A stretch of 63,502 nucleotides of DNA, counting the filler, from Sphacelaria rigidula (Eukaryota), in assembly GCA_964200075.2 (NCBI GenBank). It is 4 parts of 4 records of this genome, joined end to end, with 100 filler letters (N's around TTAATTAATTAA, not from the genome) between each part and the next. Parts side by side here need not be neighbours in the genome. Positions count along the whole stretch, not along the records: positions 47,704 to 63,502 come from CAXNAA020001588.1; 3 more parts are not named here. One strand, given 5' to 3'. The position numbers and the translations under genes are program-made. The notes below the pieces were generated by a model. It was not told the DNA's origin. It saw only the letters and a list, made by a program, of their open reading frames with translations, and searched no databases. How positions within the stretch are numbered: the stretch's first letter is position 1; the number at the start of each line of letters is the position of its first letter. Below are positions 49,330 to 62,851 of the stretch, one piece after another.

Positions 49330-52300
49330 CCGGGGGGAACCTTGGCCTCTCGCATTATCATGACCCCCCAATGCTCGGGACCCAATATTTGTGGCGATCA
49401 GTATCTTGATGGGTGTGCGTATACTCGCGGGGATGTGGATTGTTGGTGAAGCAGGTCCGTGTGCCCAATTTGTCGTTGTAGTTGTAGATATCGTTATTGT
49501 CTTTACATTTTAATTTTAGGCTTTTCCGACATCAGGACATCGCTCTGTACCGAGCATATCACTCGGACCCTTGCCGCCGTAAAGGACGAAGAACCCGATC
49601 ATGGGACGAAATAAATAAATAAAAATAAATCGTACGAAAAATAAATCGCACAGATGCGATACCAAAACAGAAGAAAAAATCGATTTAAAGTGGTAAGAAT
49701 ACAATGAAAATCAAAGAGAAAAAAAGAGAGGGAATCGTCGGTGCGCACGCGATCGCTTGGCAGTAGCGAGCTGTGCACACCGCACGAGTGCACATGTCGC
49801 GAAACGCAACAGAGGTTTGTCGTGCCCCGCGGTCCCTCGCGCGTATCTCCCAACCACTGCGTGGGCCGTGGAAACGTACCGAAAAAATGTAATGCATCGC
49901 ACCGCTCGATGACTGATACAACCTGGAATGAATGTTACCGTACAGCACCGCGCCAACAATACTAACGACGCCCCTGCACGGCGGCGCCATTGCGCTACAT
50001 GAAAACCCTCGCCTATATTCCGCCCCCCACCCTCGCACAAATGCCGTCGCACCGCGCGACCCGCAACTCTGGGCGCTCCCACACAAATTGCCCTTGTCTG
50101 TCGTGGCAATCGCCACCACCGTACCACCCAACAATTAGCCGGGCGTCACACTTGACGGACGGCCCGTGGCACGTTCAGCACGACCATCAAGTAAACTCGC
50201 CGCCGGGTCCTGACGTTGATATCTGCGCGGCAGAATCACCGAGTGACCGGCGTTACTACAGCATAGCTTCATCGGCCCCGTCATGACGGCCGCCCTTCCT
50301 CTCGTCAACCGTCACGGCCTGCCATCCTGCGGCGCCCTTCGTCCCATGGACATTCAGTAAAACGTTAGACCTGCCCGACGTGAATACCTGCTCCAGTCCC
50401 AGTAACAAGAGCGCACGTCAGTGGTACGGCGTCCTCAATTCCAGTGATTTTTTCAGCATGAAGATTCATTATGTCAGACCCAATGCTCACAACTGTAGGG
50501 AAATTTTGTAAATATTCTCATCTGCGGCGATTTTCCATGACTTGCGCGCGCGCCTCATCTCGTCGCCGTGCGGTTCTCCACGGTCGTGTTCTGTAGGGCA
50601 CGGTCTTCTGTACACCTGAGGCATTTTCCCGGGTATTTTCTACCTTTTAATATGTTTATGCTTCTATTTATTCACGTCTTGGTCTATTATACCGTCCTGA
50701 TTTTTGTTTTTTGCTGTCCTTAGCGGTTCTCAGGGTCAGTTTCGACTGTTGTTGTGCCTTGGGGACATCCATCATGCGACCACCGCCGAATCCCTGGAGG
50801 GTCACTTCGATCGCGACCATCAAATCAATCAAGCAATGATTTACCGTGCCCGGCAAATTCATACTGGTACCCGACAGTTCTGGTAACTCGGTATCACTTT
50901 CAAACCCTCATCCGATAATCGTGAGAGTTGTTCTGTAAGCGTCCCGTACCCTTACCAGGAGACCGGGTATGCTCTTCATATTATACCCGGTTGAGGGTAC
51001 GGTTTGCGGTGCAGTCCCCATATCCTGCCATACAATTTCCGTGAGTTTTGTACGCCCCCCACACCCTTGCTTTACAACTACACCAGGTATGATTTTCTTT
51101 TGTTATTTTCTGCTACACTTTCTCGGAAAATAACTCAAGTGCCAGTATCTGGGCTACGTGGGGGGGGGGTGCATCTCCCTCTGTATGTCGACGGTTGTCA
51201 TCTTCATTTCATTTTCTGCTCGTGTGTTTTCCATTTTAGGTGTATCGGAGTCTGTGAATGTACCACTCCAGCGCCATCCCTTGCCGCGGGTGTCGGGGCA
51301 TGATATCGACATGCCACCATATGCCTGTGATCACTGTTGGGAGGCAAGCGCATGATGCGCGGAAATACTACTCGTGGTGATAACGCAAACACAAACGGTG
51401 AGGGCGCTAGTCTTTCCACGATGATTTTATTTATTGCATGTAGAAAAATGGCTATTGACAACGACGACAAACCCAACAAAATTGTATTACAATAATCGAA
51501 ATATCGGGGTCCTAGGTGAAAAAACAATTTTGGTGTTCGATCGTACACCTCCAATCCCCCAATATTGGTAATCTTAGACCCCGACATTTCGGTTATCGAG
51601 ATCAAAATTTGTACGGCGTGCAGTACTTGTCAATTGCTACCAGCAAGTGAAGAAATGGAATCGTGATTTGAAGATTTGGCGTCGATACGTATATTTTAAT
51701 TCTCCGGGTTTTCATCTCCAATAAAATATCCATTCCCAAGTTGTAAAATCCCGTGTGACCATGCAAACCTCCAGCGTGGAATTCGATCACGCATCCAATC
51801 AAATCAAGTTCTATTTGGACCGAAATGGCTCTGTGCCATCACACCTGTTCAGACCTCAATGGTGAAACTACAGCCGTACTTGAACGAATCAGAGCGGATG
51901 TGAACGTTTCATGTTGCGGGGTGTGATGCAAATCTCCATCGTGAAGTTCATTCATGGATTCAATCAAACTCGTGTTCTACCAACACCGAAATGTAACCCT
52001 GCCGTCACACGCGTGGAGGCCCCAATGGTGGAATAAAGTACGGAAGGCGAATGACGTATTTTGGTAAGTATGGTATCCTCTAAACCCGGCCCGCCTTGCC
52101 ACATCGGCACACCCGCGCAGTCACGGCTGCTGAACCGAAAACGATCGACGGCATCTTGGGCGGGAACCCCAACAGTCGGAATCGTCTTTTCGTACTTTCT
52201 TCACACACACGACAGATTGCGCCCGCTGATACGCAGAGAAATGCGTGCTTGTTGGGAAGGCGATGCTCCGTCGCACGACAGAAGCGTTTATGTCTATATG

Positions 52301-54376
52301 TCGGGACTATCCCGCCCGTGATCCTTTGAACATCTATCATGGGGTGTTAATCACCGTATGGTATTGAAAAATGTCCGACTTGCAGCTGCAGAGGTCACGC
52401 AGAGTGACACGGACGCTGGTGCTGTGCTCAGGGAAACCTCCTCACCCCGCACAGCGATAAAATCGTACACGTTGATCGAACAATGTGTATTCGTGTGCAA
52501 CTCGCTCATGCCGCGGTCATCGCGGTGCGAGTGCAGGACTACATCCTCTTGTCCTTGAAGAGCACCTCTAAACACATGTGACGGGCACCGCCAAAAATGG
52601 GACGCCGCACGGCGCCTACCGCTCGCGTGTGATACGTGCAGCAGGAATCAAGGGCCGCTGTCACTAGAGCACAGGCCGCGCTACAGATTGTGGCGTCGGG
52701 TTTGCGTTACCTAACCCTACGTCACATGAGCACAACCGCAAATACTCCGAGGGGGTGCTATTTGCGAACACCTGAGATTGGATTGTACTGCAGTGTCAGA
52801 TCTGGCATGCGCAACATGAGGGACCCATGTGCGCTTTAGGCCGTCTTTACCTCGCGGCGAATACGCACGGGAAATCACGAGTGCGTTGTGGACATAAACT
52901 ACTGTAACATGGCGCGTGGCATGGCACAGCGCGCCGCACCGCACGAACACGCTGCACCCTCCGTGTATATGCCAACTCCTTCCCACACTCAAGGCTTGCA
53001 CAGATGATACGCAGCAAGTACACACCAACAGCAGGCGATCGCTTCACGGACTTGTCCTGCTTAACATGACGCGTACATATATCGGACAACCAATTCTTCC
53101 CAAGTACGCGGCAATATACCTTCTTGCCCATCCGCCCGAGATACGCGCGTCCCGACCCCTGTAGCGCCAGTTATCCGTGCTGATGTGGAGCCCTATCTCC
53201 CAAAAAACTTTGCTCTCTTCGCACCATATTAGACGCCTTGGAGCATAACCGTCTCGATGTCTTTTTTCCACGGATAATTAATCATACGCCAAAAAAATCC
53301 CTCGATAATATTGAAAAGGAATAATACTGTACGTGTGATGGAACGTAGACAGCATCAGAAATATTCGGAATTTTTATTTGTTATAATTTTTGAGTATTTC
53401 TCGAGTAATGTTCTTCATTAGTACTGGAAAGTTCCAGCGTCGGTAGAATTAGGGGGAACGCGTAGGCCCCGCTCAAACCACAGTGCCCAAATTGGTGTTT
53501 TTGGGGCGATGCGGACTAGATGCCCCGTTCATCAGGAGGGTATTAATGAGCGTTTTTGGTGGAAGTGAAACAGTTTTTCGGCTCTTTCGCAACGAAACGG
53601 TAAATAAATGTTCAGATAAATAAAAAAATACACGATTCTTCACAATAACGATCGAGATCGTCTGTCTCCTCCATACTGCACAAACCTCACGCTAGCATTT
53701 TGGGTGGATGGCTACTTTTCGGCTTTTTTTCGCACACCATTCTCCATGAGCACTCGGAAGTGCTAGCGTCGATATTTTTGCCAAAATACGCAGATCGCGC
53801 TCGAATCACAATATCCACGTTGGTGTTGTGGGCGCGATACGGAGTAAGTACGCCGTTTATCAGGAGGGTGTTATTGTCCGTGAATGGTCCAAGAAGCACC
53901 GTTTTCCGGCTCTAGCGCGGTAAATAGGCGGAATATAAAATGAAAAAAATCATGTTTTCACATAAATGATCGGGATCGAGTCGGTCCACCGAAAACACCG
54001 GAAAGCTCGAACCTGGGGTTGCACTTTCGCAGGAGCCCCGAAGATTGGTCAAGCCCGTGAGTCACTCAATATTGATCGCAGGTCTTTTTTCTTTCATTTA
54101 TCAATCGGATTAAAATATCTCCGGAACCCCATTTTTTGGCATCCAACATCCAATGTGATGAGTGGTGGCAAGCAAAAGAAATTTCGAAAATCTCCACGTA
54201 ACTGAGAAATTCCGAATTCCGAAGACTTCTGATGCTGACTACTGAGTGTGGTATGTGCATAAAATCACGGCCACGGGCGGGATTCCGGCATAAAATTATG
54301 GCCAAAGGCGGGCTTACCGCATCACAGCATATTTGATCACCATGCGGTCGTTCGTATTGAATTCGCATTTGTTTCA

Positions 54377-55280
54377 GGGCGTGTCTTCGCACATTTTTTT
54401 TCAATAACAAAAGTGCGATGCGGTAGAATTTTGTTTTGCCAATCTGATAGGTCCACCGCATTTCCTGTTTGTAAAAGGCTTCAACTCAAAATTATAATCA
54501 GTCGCGCGCGGACAAAAAGTATTTGAGACAAGAGAGATATACTTTTTCAATCGAAAACATGCGGTCGAAAGGCACGAAGCGGAACTTGACTTTTATCTTA
54601 CAGACCACCACGCCGGATAACACACCTTCACAGTGTAACCTTGTAAAACTGCGCCTCGGTGGTGTAAAGGTCCGACTGTCGCCATTAGGGTGGAGAGAAC
54701 TCGGGTTTGATTCCCGATGCGTTGGGTTTTTTTCTTCGTAATGTATGATTTCCACCGTGGAAAGCGTGAGAAAGTGAGTAAACAAAGTAGTCGACTGGGT
54801 TTGCGTGAGTTGACGCGGTGCGGGAGTGCTGACCCAATCCGCGAGACCAAAATGAAAGGCACGTACAAAACAAAAAACAGAACCATGCAAACTCCATCCA
54901 ACTCACTCTCAGCAACAACCGCAACCGTGCACCATAGAGCACGAGTAGAGCACAAGGAAAAATACACTGCGGTAGTCGGGTGTACTTTTTTGTCGACAAA
55001 AAGTTGCGCATCTTCTTTCATGTAGGGGTTAGCAACGGAACTGCGTGGTACGGTGGACAACCGAGTTGCGTACACGCTCATGGACAGTGCAGGCAGTACA
55101 AAGCTGCACGTTGCTGAAGTCCTTTTCACATCGCATTATGAGCAGAAAGAACTGGGTGTCCTGGGCTATCTGCGATGCCCGTTGCCCGTTTCTCTTTGAA
55201 ACCCTTCTGTACGAAGCACGCACACACGCACTCAAGACACACTGCTTGCAAGCAGTGCAGGCAGCACAGACTGTCTGTAC
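54377..55280 (-). mobile_element. Harbinger-type family copy truncated at the Gypsy LTR
   Basis: TCA|GGGCGTGTCTTCGCAC terminus. Homology to 32178-33540 and 36954-37490 stops at ...ctgtctgtac (55280), where the LTR begins. Confidence 0.65.
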
Positions 55281-55563
55281 TTACCACGACTGACCATATT
55301 CCGTTTATAATCTCTGCCAGACGATCTGAGCAAGAGGACTTTCAACGAAGGACTCCTCCAGTAGCACTGGCCTCGTGCTCGACAAGTCCTTTCTTCTCAC
55401 TTGTTATCATCACGGAGTGATCCTCAGCAGACCACATCAAGGGTCAGACAGCAAGGGGCAACACAGATAAGGGTCATGAATCCAAGATCCCCTGTCCCCT
55501 GCCACTGCTCCAACCATGCATGCGATTGTACTGAAACCTACGGCTTGATATCATTTCGCTACA
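55276..55563 (-). mobile_element. 3' LTR of the Ty3/Gypsy element (~290 bp)
   Basis: On the minus strand, ~80 nt after the pol stop, a PPT-like GAGGGTGC is followed by TGTAGC...AAGTACA. Confidence 0.55.
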
Positions 55564-55641
55564 GCACCCTCAAAGCGAGTTCAAGACAAACGAACGAGCT
55601 TGACAACCAACAAAAACCGAGGCGAAATCGCATGGGCCATA

Positions 55642-58608
55642 TCACAAAGAAATACCATACTCCGACACTAATTTACTTGTCAGCGCCCGAGTCAATCGCA
55701 ATTTACGCAGTTCCTTCAAAATACATTCGGGCGCAGAAGAATGAATATTGCGAGGAGACTTCCACGTACGTTCTTCAGCACCAAATCCTTCCCAATTGAC
55801 CAAAACAATGACATCACCATTTGCATCCTCAGCGACGTGCACCAAAGTGTTCGTCCGACATTCACCTTGAGCATACGAATGCTGAAATACATCTTTTAGT
55901 TCCGCATGGATGTGCAACTGCGAGTCAGCATAGAAGCGCAAACGAGCGACATGGGCCGAGTGCACGGCGCCAGAAACAATGTTGCGCACCAAATACACGT
56001 GAGCTTGATCGGCTCCGACCGCTCGCCACGGACCTATCCACGTGGAGATCAAGTTTGGCGTCACACCTTGCCTACGAACACGGGCATACAAGACGAAATC
56101 GCCAATTGCAAACTCGGGCAACACAACATGGCGCTGAGCAAGCTTGCGTTTGGTTTCGCGAGACACCGTGACAGCAGCTTGCACTTGGTTACTAAACCGC
56201 ACTTGCTTGCCAACCACGCCTCGGAACTCGTCACGCAACGAATCAGCATCCATGACATCGACGTTCCACTCGCCGCCAGTGACAGAAGCCAGCGCGGAAA
56301 ACGCTGTACGCGGCGCACGCCCAAACATCACACAATTCGGAGTGTTAGGGTAGCGTTCTCGAAAAGAAGTGTTCAACGCCCACTGAGCGGCTGGCAAAAC
56401 ATCAACCCATTCACTCAGACACCGGCCGTCGCTGTTCCGACAAAATAGACCGCAACGCACGAATAACCTCCTTCACCATGCGTTCACAAGCACCATTCGA
56501 CAAAGGGGTATACGTAACAGCAAATTGTTGTTGCACCTTGAACGCGTCGCTCAGCTGCGCAATCACTCGGTTCTTGAAGTGCGTGGCGGTATCACAAACC
56601 CACACACGCGGCACCCCCGAAGTCTTGCGCCGATGGAGCAAGTGCATAGCCGTAGCCTCGGCGGTGCAAGCTTCGGTCGGCTCCAACGAAACGAAATTGG
56701 ACAAATCATCCATGATAACCAAAACGTACCGAAAACCATTCTCATCAGGCAAAACATTAGCACCTTTGGGTTCGCTACTTTTTACGTACAGCAAATCAAA
56801 GTGAGCAACTTCACCTGACGCAGTACCATGCACAGTATCGCCATACGGACGAGGTACAATTGCACCAGCACGAGTGTCTACACAATGCAAACACTGGCGA
56901 ACGAACTCGCGAACGTGGGAATCAATCCATGTGAGGTCACACACAGCATTCTTTCAAACGAAACAGGGTCGGCGCCACACCACGCTGACCAGCCAACCGC
57001 AAGTTAGCGCACATCATCAAGCGAGTTTGCAGATCCTGATCATCCGACGGAATCCGCAAAACATCACTACCGCCAACACGCACGCGAAAAAGCACCGTCA
57101 GCCGAAGCGGCTTGACCGAAAGTCGTAGGACAAGAATGAACGCCGTCGCCGACTGTTTTGCGCTGCGCGGTACGAATGACATCTAACGAGGGCAGTGAAT
57201 CATCGGCATCACATGGGCTGTACACGGCAACAGAACGAACAGGCACAGTAGAAACCTTCATCCAGCGAGACAACAAATCTTCCCAACAATTGCGCTCTCC
57301 AGGAATGTGTCCGATGTCATACCGATCCTGGCCGAGCACACCTTTCCAATTTTCATGCCGTTGTGCCATGACCTTCGTTACCGATGTGATACACTTTTCT
57401 GGGTCAAAATGTACCTTAGATTGAGATGCTCGGTGAACGTGCGAACACCACCCCAAAGCAAGTACTCTAGCCTTCGAAATGTATAGACTATCGCGAAACC
57501 TTTCTTGTCCACTGTCGCCCACCGCAACTGTGAACCCTTAAAACTACCACTCAGAAAAGCCAACGGCTCGTGTGACATGTTTTCCAGCGCATTGCCACTA
57601 CCAAACTCGGTGACATGCACTTGCGGTAAAAAACGTGCCCCAGTAAAAATCCGAAACAGCTGGAAACGTCAGAACAAGGCACCCCGAACAAGGGTGATAC
57701 AGCGGCACCGCTTGCGCCACCAAATCGGGCGCAGCACGCCATGTCCGCACACGATCCTCCTTCCAAGCATCCTCTGGGATGATACAATCACCCGCCACCC
57801 GCTTGAGCCGGCGCGAAGCCCGGACCATTGGTTGTTCGAAAAACACTCGTAGCGGCGCAACTACTTCCGTCATGCGCGGGAGCCACGTCCGTAACCAGTT
57901 CACCGCCTGCAGAAACTGCATCAGCTCACTAGCGGTTTGAGGACGTCGCATATTGCTCAAACCTTGGATGCGGACGGGATCATGCGAAACAGTACCCTTG
58001 GAGTACACCGTACCACACCGAACCACTTCGCGGGCAAAAAAGGTCCACTTATGCGCAGCGACGAACAAACCAACAGTCTCCAAGCGGCCAGGTATTTCAT
58101 CAAGCAAAGCTAACACTGCTTCTTCGGTTCCAGCAAAATAGAAAACGTCATACACCCACACTTTACAGTCTAGACCTGGCAAAATGTCAGTCAGCACACC
58201 TTGGAAATACGTCGTGGCGTCCAACACGCCCTGCGGGACACGAGTAGGCGCAATCAAACCGTCAGGCGTGACGATCGTGAAGATCTTCTGAGCCTCCGGC
58301 GCCAGAGGCATCTGCCAATACCCCTGGAGCAGGTCCAACTTGCCGAAGCATTGGGCTCCCAGCAACTCCCGCATGTCTTCTTGGCTTGGCATCACCCCCG
58401 GAGACTGTTCCACTTGCGCGTTCACCGCCTGATAGTCGCTGACCAAACGGAATGTGTCCCTCTTCGGCACCGCCATCCCCGGACTCGCCCACACAGCCCG
58501 GATGCTCCTCATCACTAAACCAAACGCCACCGAAGCTGCGATGCATGAAGAAAGCCACCCGGTCTTCACCGGAGAAAGTCTGGGTACACCACAACCGGCG
58601 GCAAGCAT
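55642..58608 (-). pseudogene. Decayed Ty3/Gypsy pol: RT, RNase H, integrase, chromodomain
   Basis: RT: WASPGMAVPK, FRLVSDYQAVN, KLDLLQGYWQM, PTRVPQG, mutated catalytic WVYD. RNase H: EPLAFLSGSFKGSQLRWATVDKKGFAIV, HIPGERNCWEDLLSR. Integrase: CLHC, VAHFDLL, DDLSNFV, CDTATHF, NGACERM. Chromodomain: VLVNWEGFGAEERTW. Multiple frameshifts. Confidence 0.93.
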
Positions 58609-58639
58609 ATAACACTGCGCGGGCTGCAGCAGACCTACG

Positions 58640-59650
58640 CAGATTTCTTACTATGCCAGAAAGCGGTGGAACATCCGTCAAGGATCTCTCCCCGCTATCC
58701 AGGCGTACGGGCATAATTACCCTGGCGAGTATACCCTAGCGTGCTAGAACTTTCGAGAGAAGAAAGCGGTCCACTGAGTCGTACGCGTTTTGGAGGTCGA
58801 TGAAGCACATATACAGAAGAAGTTTCTTTTCTCGGGCCAGTTCTTCGAGTCTCTGTGCAACGAACAACATGTCGACTGTGGAACGGCCAGGTCGGAAACC
58901 GCATTGCGCTTCTTGGAGAATTCCCTTCCATTCGCAGTAGGCGCTGAGGCGAGTCGCAATTATCTTGAACACCACTTTGCCCGCGTGGGACCCGAGAGAA
59001 ATACCGCGGTAGTTGCCGCATTCGCACGGGTCCTGTTTCTCGAGCACCTTGGTGATGGTGTCTTTCCACCCTTGCGGTACAACATCCTGACGCCACATTG
59101 TGAGCACGATGTCGTGGAGGCACTTTAGGATGGCAGAGTCTTCGGTGCGGCCGAGCTTTAATAGTCCGCCACAGATGTTGTCCGCCCCCCAGGCCTTGTC
59201 ATTCGCCAGTTTGCTCACCACTTTCTTCATTTCTGCCATCGAGGGCTCCGCCGCGAGCGATGTGTGCTCCGGTAGCTGTTCGATGAGATCGATCACAGAC
59301 TGATCGATTGGAGACAAAGTTGCGTTTAGCAGTGTCTCGAACCATTTCTTTCATCGTTGCAGGATAGCTTGCTTGTCCCGCAACAGCTCACCAGTCGCCC
59401 TCCTGACGTGGGTTGGGTCGCTCTGCTTCTTCCCTTCCAATTCCAAGGACTTGATATGCTGGTACAGTGCTGCTTGACCCTTTTGCGAACAAAATCCGCG
59501 GTCCGGACTGTGAACTCGTGGTCGAAGCTCTGCAGCTCAGCATCCTTCACCCGGTTAAAAGCTATGTTCGAAGGATCCAGGCCTCAGAAGTCACTGGAGC
59601 ATCAGATGCCCTCCAGAGGATTCGTTTATGACGACATCTGGGAATGAAAT
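58640..59650 (-). mobile_element. Fragment of a non-LTR (RTE-like LINE) reverse transcriptase ORF
   Basis: [46 protein letters not shown] and [13 protein letters not shown] are the N-terminal RT blocks. Upstream, a frameshifted linker ([20 protein letters not shown]). The YADD region is missing. Confidence 0.9.
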
Positions 59651-62600
59651 ACCCTCTACAGGATATTTTACCCTTGAGAGGATGAAAATCGCGATAGAGA
59701 ATTTTCATGAGGGTATCCGGATGGCCGCGTGTGATCATTCGAACAAGTAGACTGTGAATCAACACAAAAAGGTACTCTCCGTGAAAAAGATATGCGCTGG
59801 TTCACGGAAAAGACCAAAAAAACACTCATCGGCAAAGCTTCATGCCGTTTTAAGGAGTTGGACCCTGACATTTTGCACAAACGTGCTATGGGTCATTACG
59901 TATTTTTCGATGGTCGAGTTTTTGTTTATTTCTCAAGTTTTCCCACCGTTTTCCGGGGTCCCAGTGTTTTCGGGGAAACTTCGATCCAGTCGGACCCCAT
60001 AACGGGTAGCGAGGCGTGATATCCTGCGTACACGTTGGCCGCGATAAAAGCAGCTGCATTCATGATGTGGCGAACTGCATAGGACAACGCGAAATAAATG
60101 CAGGACAGGGATAGGCTAAGGATTTCACGTCCTGCGGTGCGCTGTGCAGTGAGCAGGTAGTACCCTCCCGCCGAACGCGTCACGCCGCGGTTGGTCTGCA
60201 GTATCGCCTTCACACCCATAGGGTAACTAGCCTCTTCATTGAAATGAAACGCACTGGATTAAACTAAACGCGCGGAGCTCGTTATTTTCGAGCAGGACGC
60301 GCTTCGAGTAGCGCGTGCGCGATTTTTCGTCTTGTCGACATCGTGCCAGCGCACTTGTGCACTACCGCGTTGTACTCCCCTGTGGCAGCCCATCACGGTA
60401 TTGCTCCTCATGTTTCATAACGCTTTATTCGAACACGCAAAAGGGATGCCAGCAAGTCCATCATTGTTGCACTTGGAGGTGTGGTGAAGCTGTTTTTCTT
60501 CGATCTAGTTCTGCCGATGCTGCGTGCTGTACCAAATAGTATACCGTACCAGTTCAAAAACGAATACGCATGATATAAACGCGAACGACATGTCCTGGTT
60601 ATCAAGAACTGTGAACTGTATACGAGGCGCGGGAAGCTTAGTTTTTGTCAAGGAATGCAAGGACGCAACCATACTGCAGTACAGGCACTTTTATTTTGGT
60701 ATGAAACACGTGATTCGAACGCGACACAAGATAAGGAATTTACATTATAATACCTGGGCGTTTTGGTACTAAAACAAGTCCACCAGTCCCTCCACTCCCT
60801 ACCGAGGGGAGATAGATACCACGTGTAAATACAAGATGAGTTACGGGCAGACCTTCATTTTAGAGTTGAAGGGCCCAGCCGAGACCACTCCGGTGTAACC
60901 GCCGAAATTCGAGACCGCAACGTCACGAACCCCGAAATAAATTGAAATTGGAAGCGCCTTGGACACAGCGCAATCTATTCGATCAATTGTCATCTGGTCT
61001 GGAGGGAACCGCTCGGACGAGCTCATGGTGTGTGCACCACATATGTTTGTGTCTTTCCGTGCGCACCCTTTCCTTTCCAGCTCGGCGGCTCTCCTCCCAA
61101 CGGCTGCGGAGGTGTCTTCTCGAATCAGTACCTACCTGACACTTTGCTTGGAGAAAATTATCGTGCAGGTAATACCAGCACCCAGGATGTCCGGCAAGTA
61201 CTGTATCGTCATGTCCGCTAACACAACAGATGGGAAACCCGCTTGCAAACCAATTCGCTTGCTGACGGAGTTGTTCGTCACTGCCACCTGACTTTAGCCC
61301 AGACACCCTCACTCCAGACACCCCCAGTTCACGAAGCTCAGCTGGGGTACACTGCACATGGATGTGTACGTTGGTGATCACCACCCCTTGTAGGTCGAAC
61401 GAAACACGATGAGCAAAAAACAGCGGATCCTGAAAAATGGGGTCGATCTCAAAAATGAGGTTCAAGTGGCATATCGTTTTTGCAGAAATGACGCGACACA
61501 GTTACACAGAGCGAAACCATCTTTCCCCCCAAAACTCTGCAGCAGTGAATCAGTTGTGGCTAGGTGCACCCAACGAATGCGGTGTACACGCGTGTCGATG
61601 ACGATATCACCAGAGAGAGAAGCAACGACAGAGAGGAAGCTCCTTGCCAGTGTCCTTTGTGTGTCCTCGCTCGGCGATTACCAATCGCTCGAAAGACTGG
61701 CATCATCGACGTTACCAGCATGTACCCAATTTTCCATGTGCCAGAACATCGAGCTGCGGAGATATTTCGTCTCTTCTTGCCTGTGAAGCTCACCAATGCG
61801 AAGTTCGATTTCTCTCTGCCTCTCTTTTTGCACAGGACGCGCCTCTGTGCGCTGAAAAACATGTCGTTGAAAAACAGGGCAATCTTCCCGTCACCGCTAC
61901 CACTGTTCTCTGTCATACACGAGCCAGAAGGGGCGGTGCTGCGGCGAAAACAAAAGATAGATCCAATTTTAACTTGGGGATGTTATTCATCATTGATTTT
62001 ACCCGACATGTATGTGAGTGACCCTCTGGGTGCCCCACGACAAGAGCGTGCGAGACACCAGTTGGGGGGGGAGGTGTATGAGACACCAAACACTCGTGGA
62101 GACCTTTTTGACCTACGGAGTGAAAAAAGATACCTATGGTGGTGACCTAACCGTTGCCAGCGTGGTGCAGAGGGGTGCGCCCATGCTGCAATCTGGACCA
62201 CGCGCTGGCTGCGTGAACACCTCGGTGCAATAGCTTTCAAGAAAGAATTCCGATGTGACGAGGTCATGCACTACAACCTGGCGCGAGATATGACCCCACG
62301 AAGAACAAGGGTGCTCTATGATCGACCACTTGTCGTTGCATTTGACACCCACACCATGAACCGCCGAATCCTAAGGTTTTGTGGCTTTCAAGCAACGCTG
62401 ACGGCAATACGGTAGGCAAGCCCGATCATAGCTAACTTTCGACGCTCTACTTGACTGGCTGGCATCTGCACAGAGGTCGCCCGCCGTAGCAACATGTACC
62501 AAATTTCGCAACCTCTGTGAAAGCAAAACAGTTCGGTTTTCCCAGCTACATAAACATGATTGAAAGGACTCTTTTGGTCTGAGGGAAAGTGGCCCCTTTG

Positions 62601-62783
62601 GGTCCGTCCACACGTGCGAAGATACTGTCGGACAGCAATACAGGTGGCGTCACTACTGCAGAAACTCTAATTTGAGGCGAGGCTCAAATCTTATTCTTAT
62701 CGTCAGCCATGTATGATTTCTTACAGCCAATATCTTACTTTCCGCACACGTGCAATGGTGAATTTCTCGAAGGCCGAATTTTT

Positions 62784-62851
<68 letters not shown>

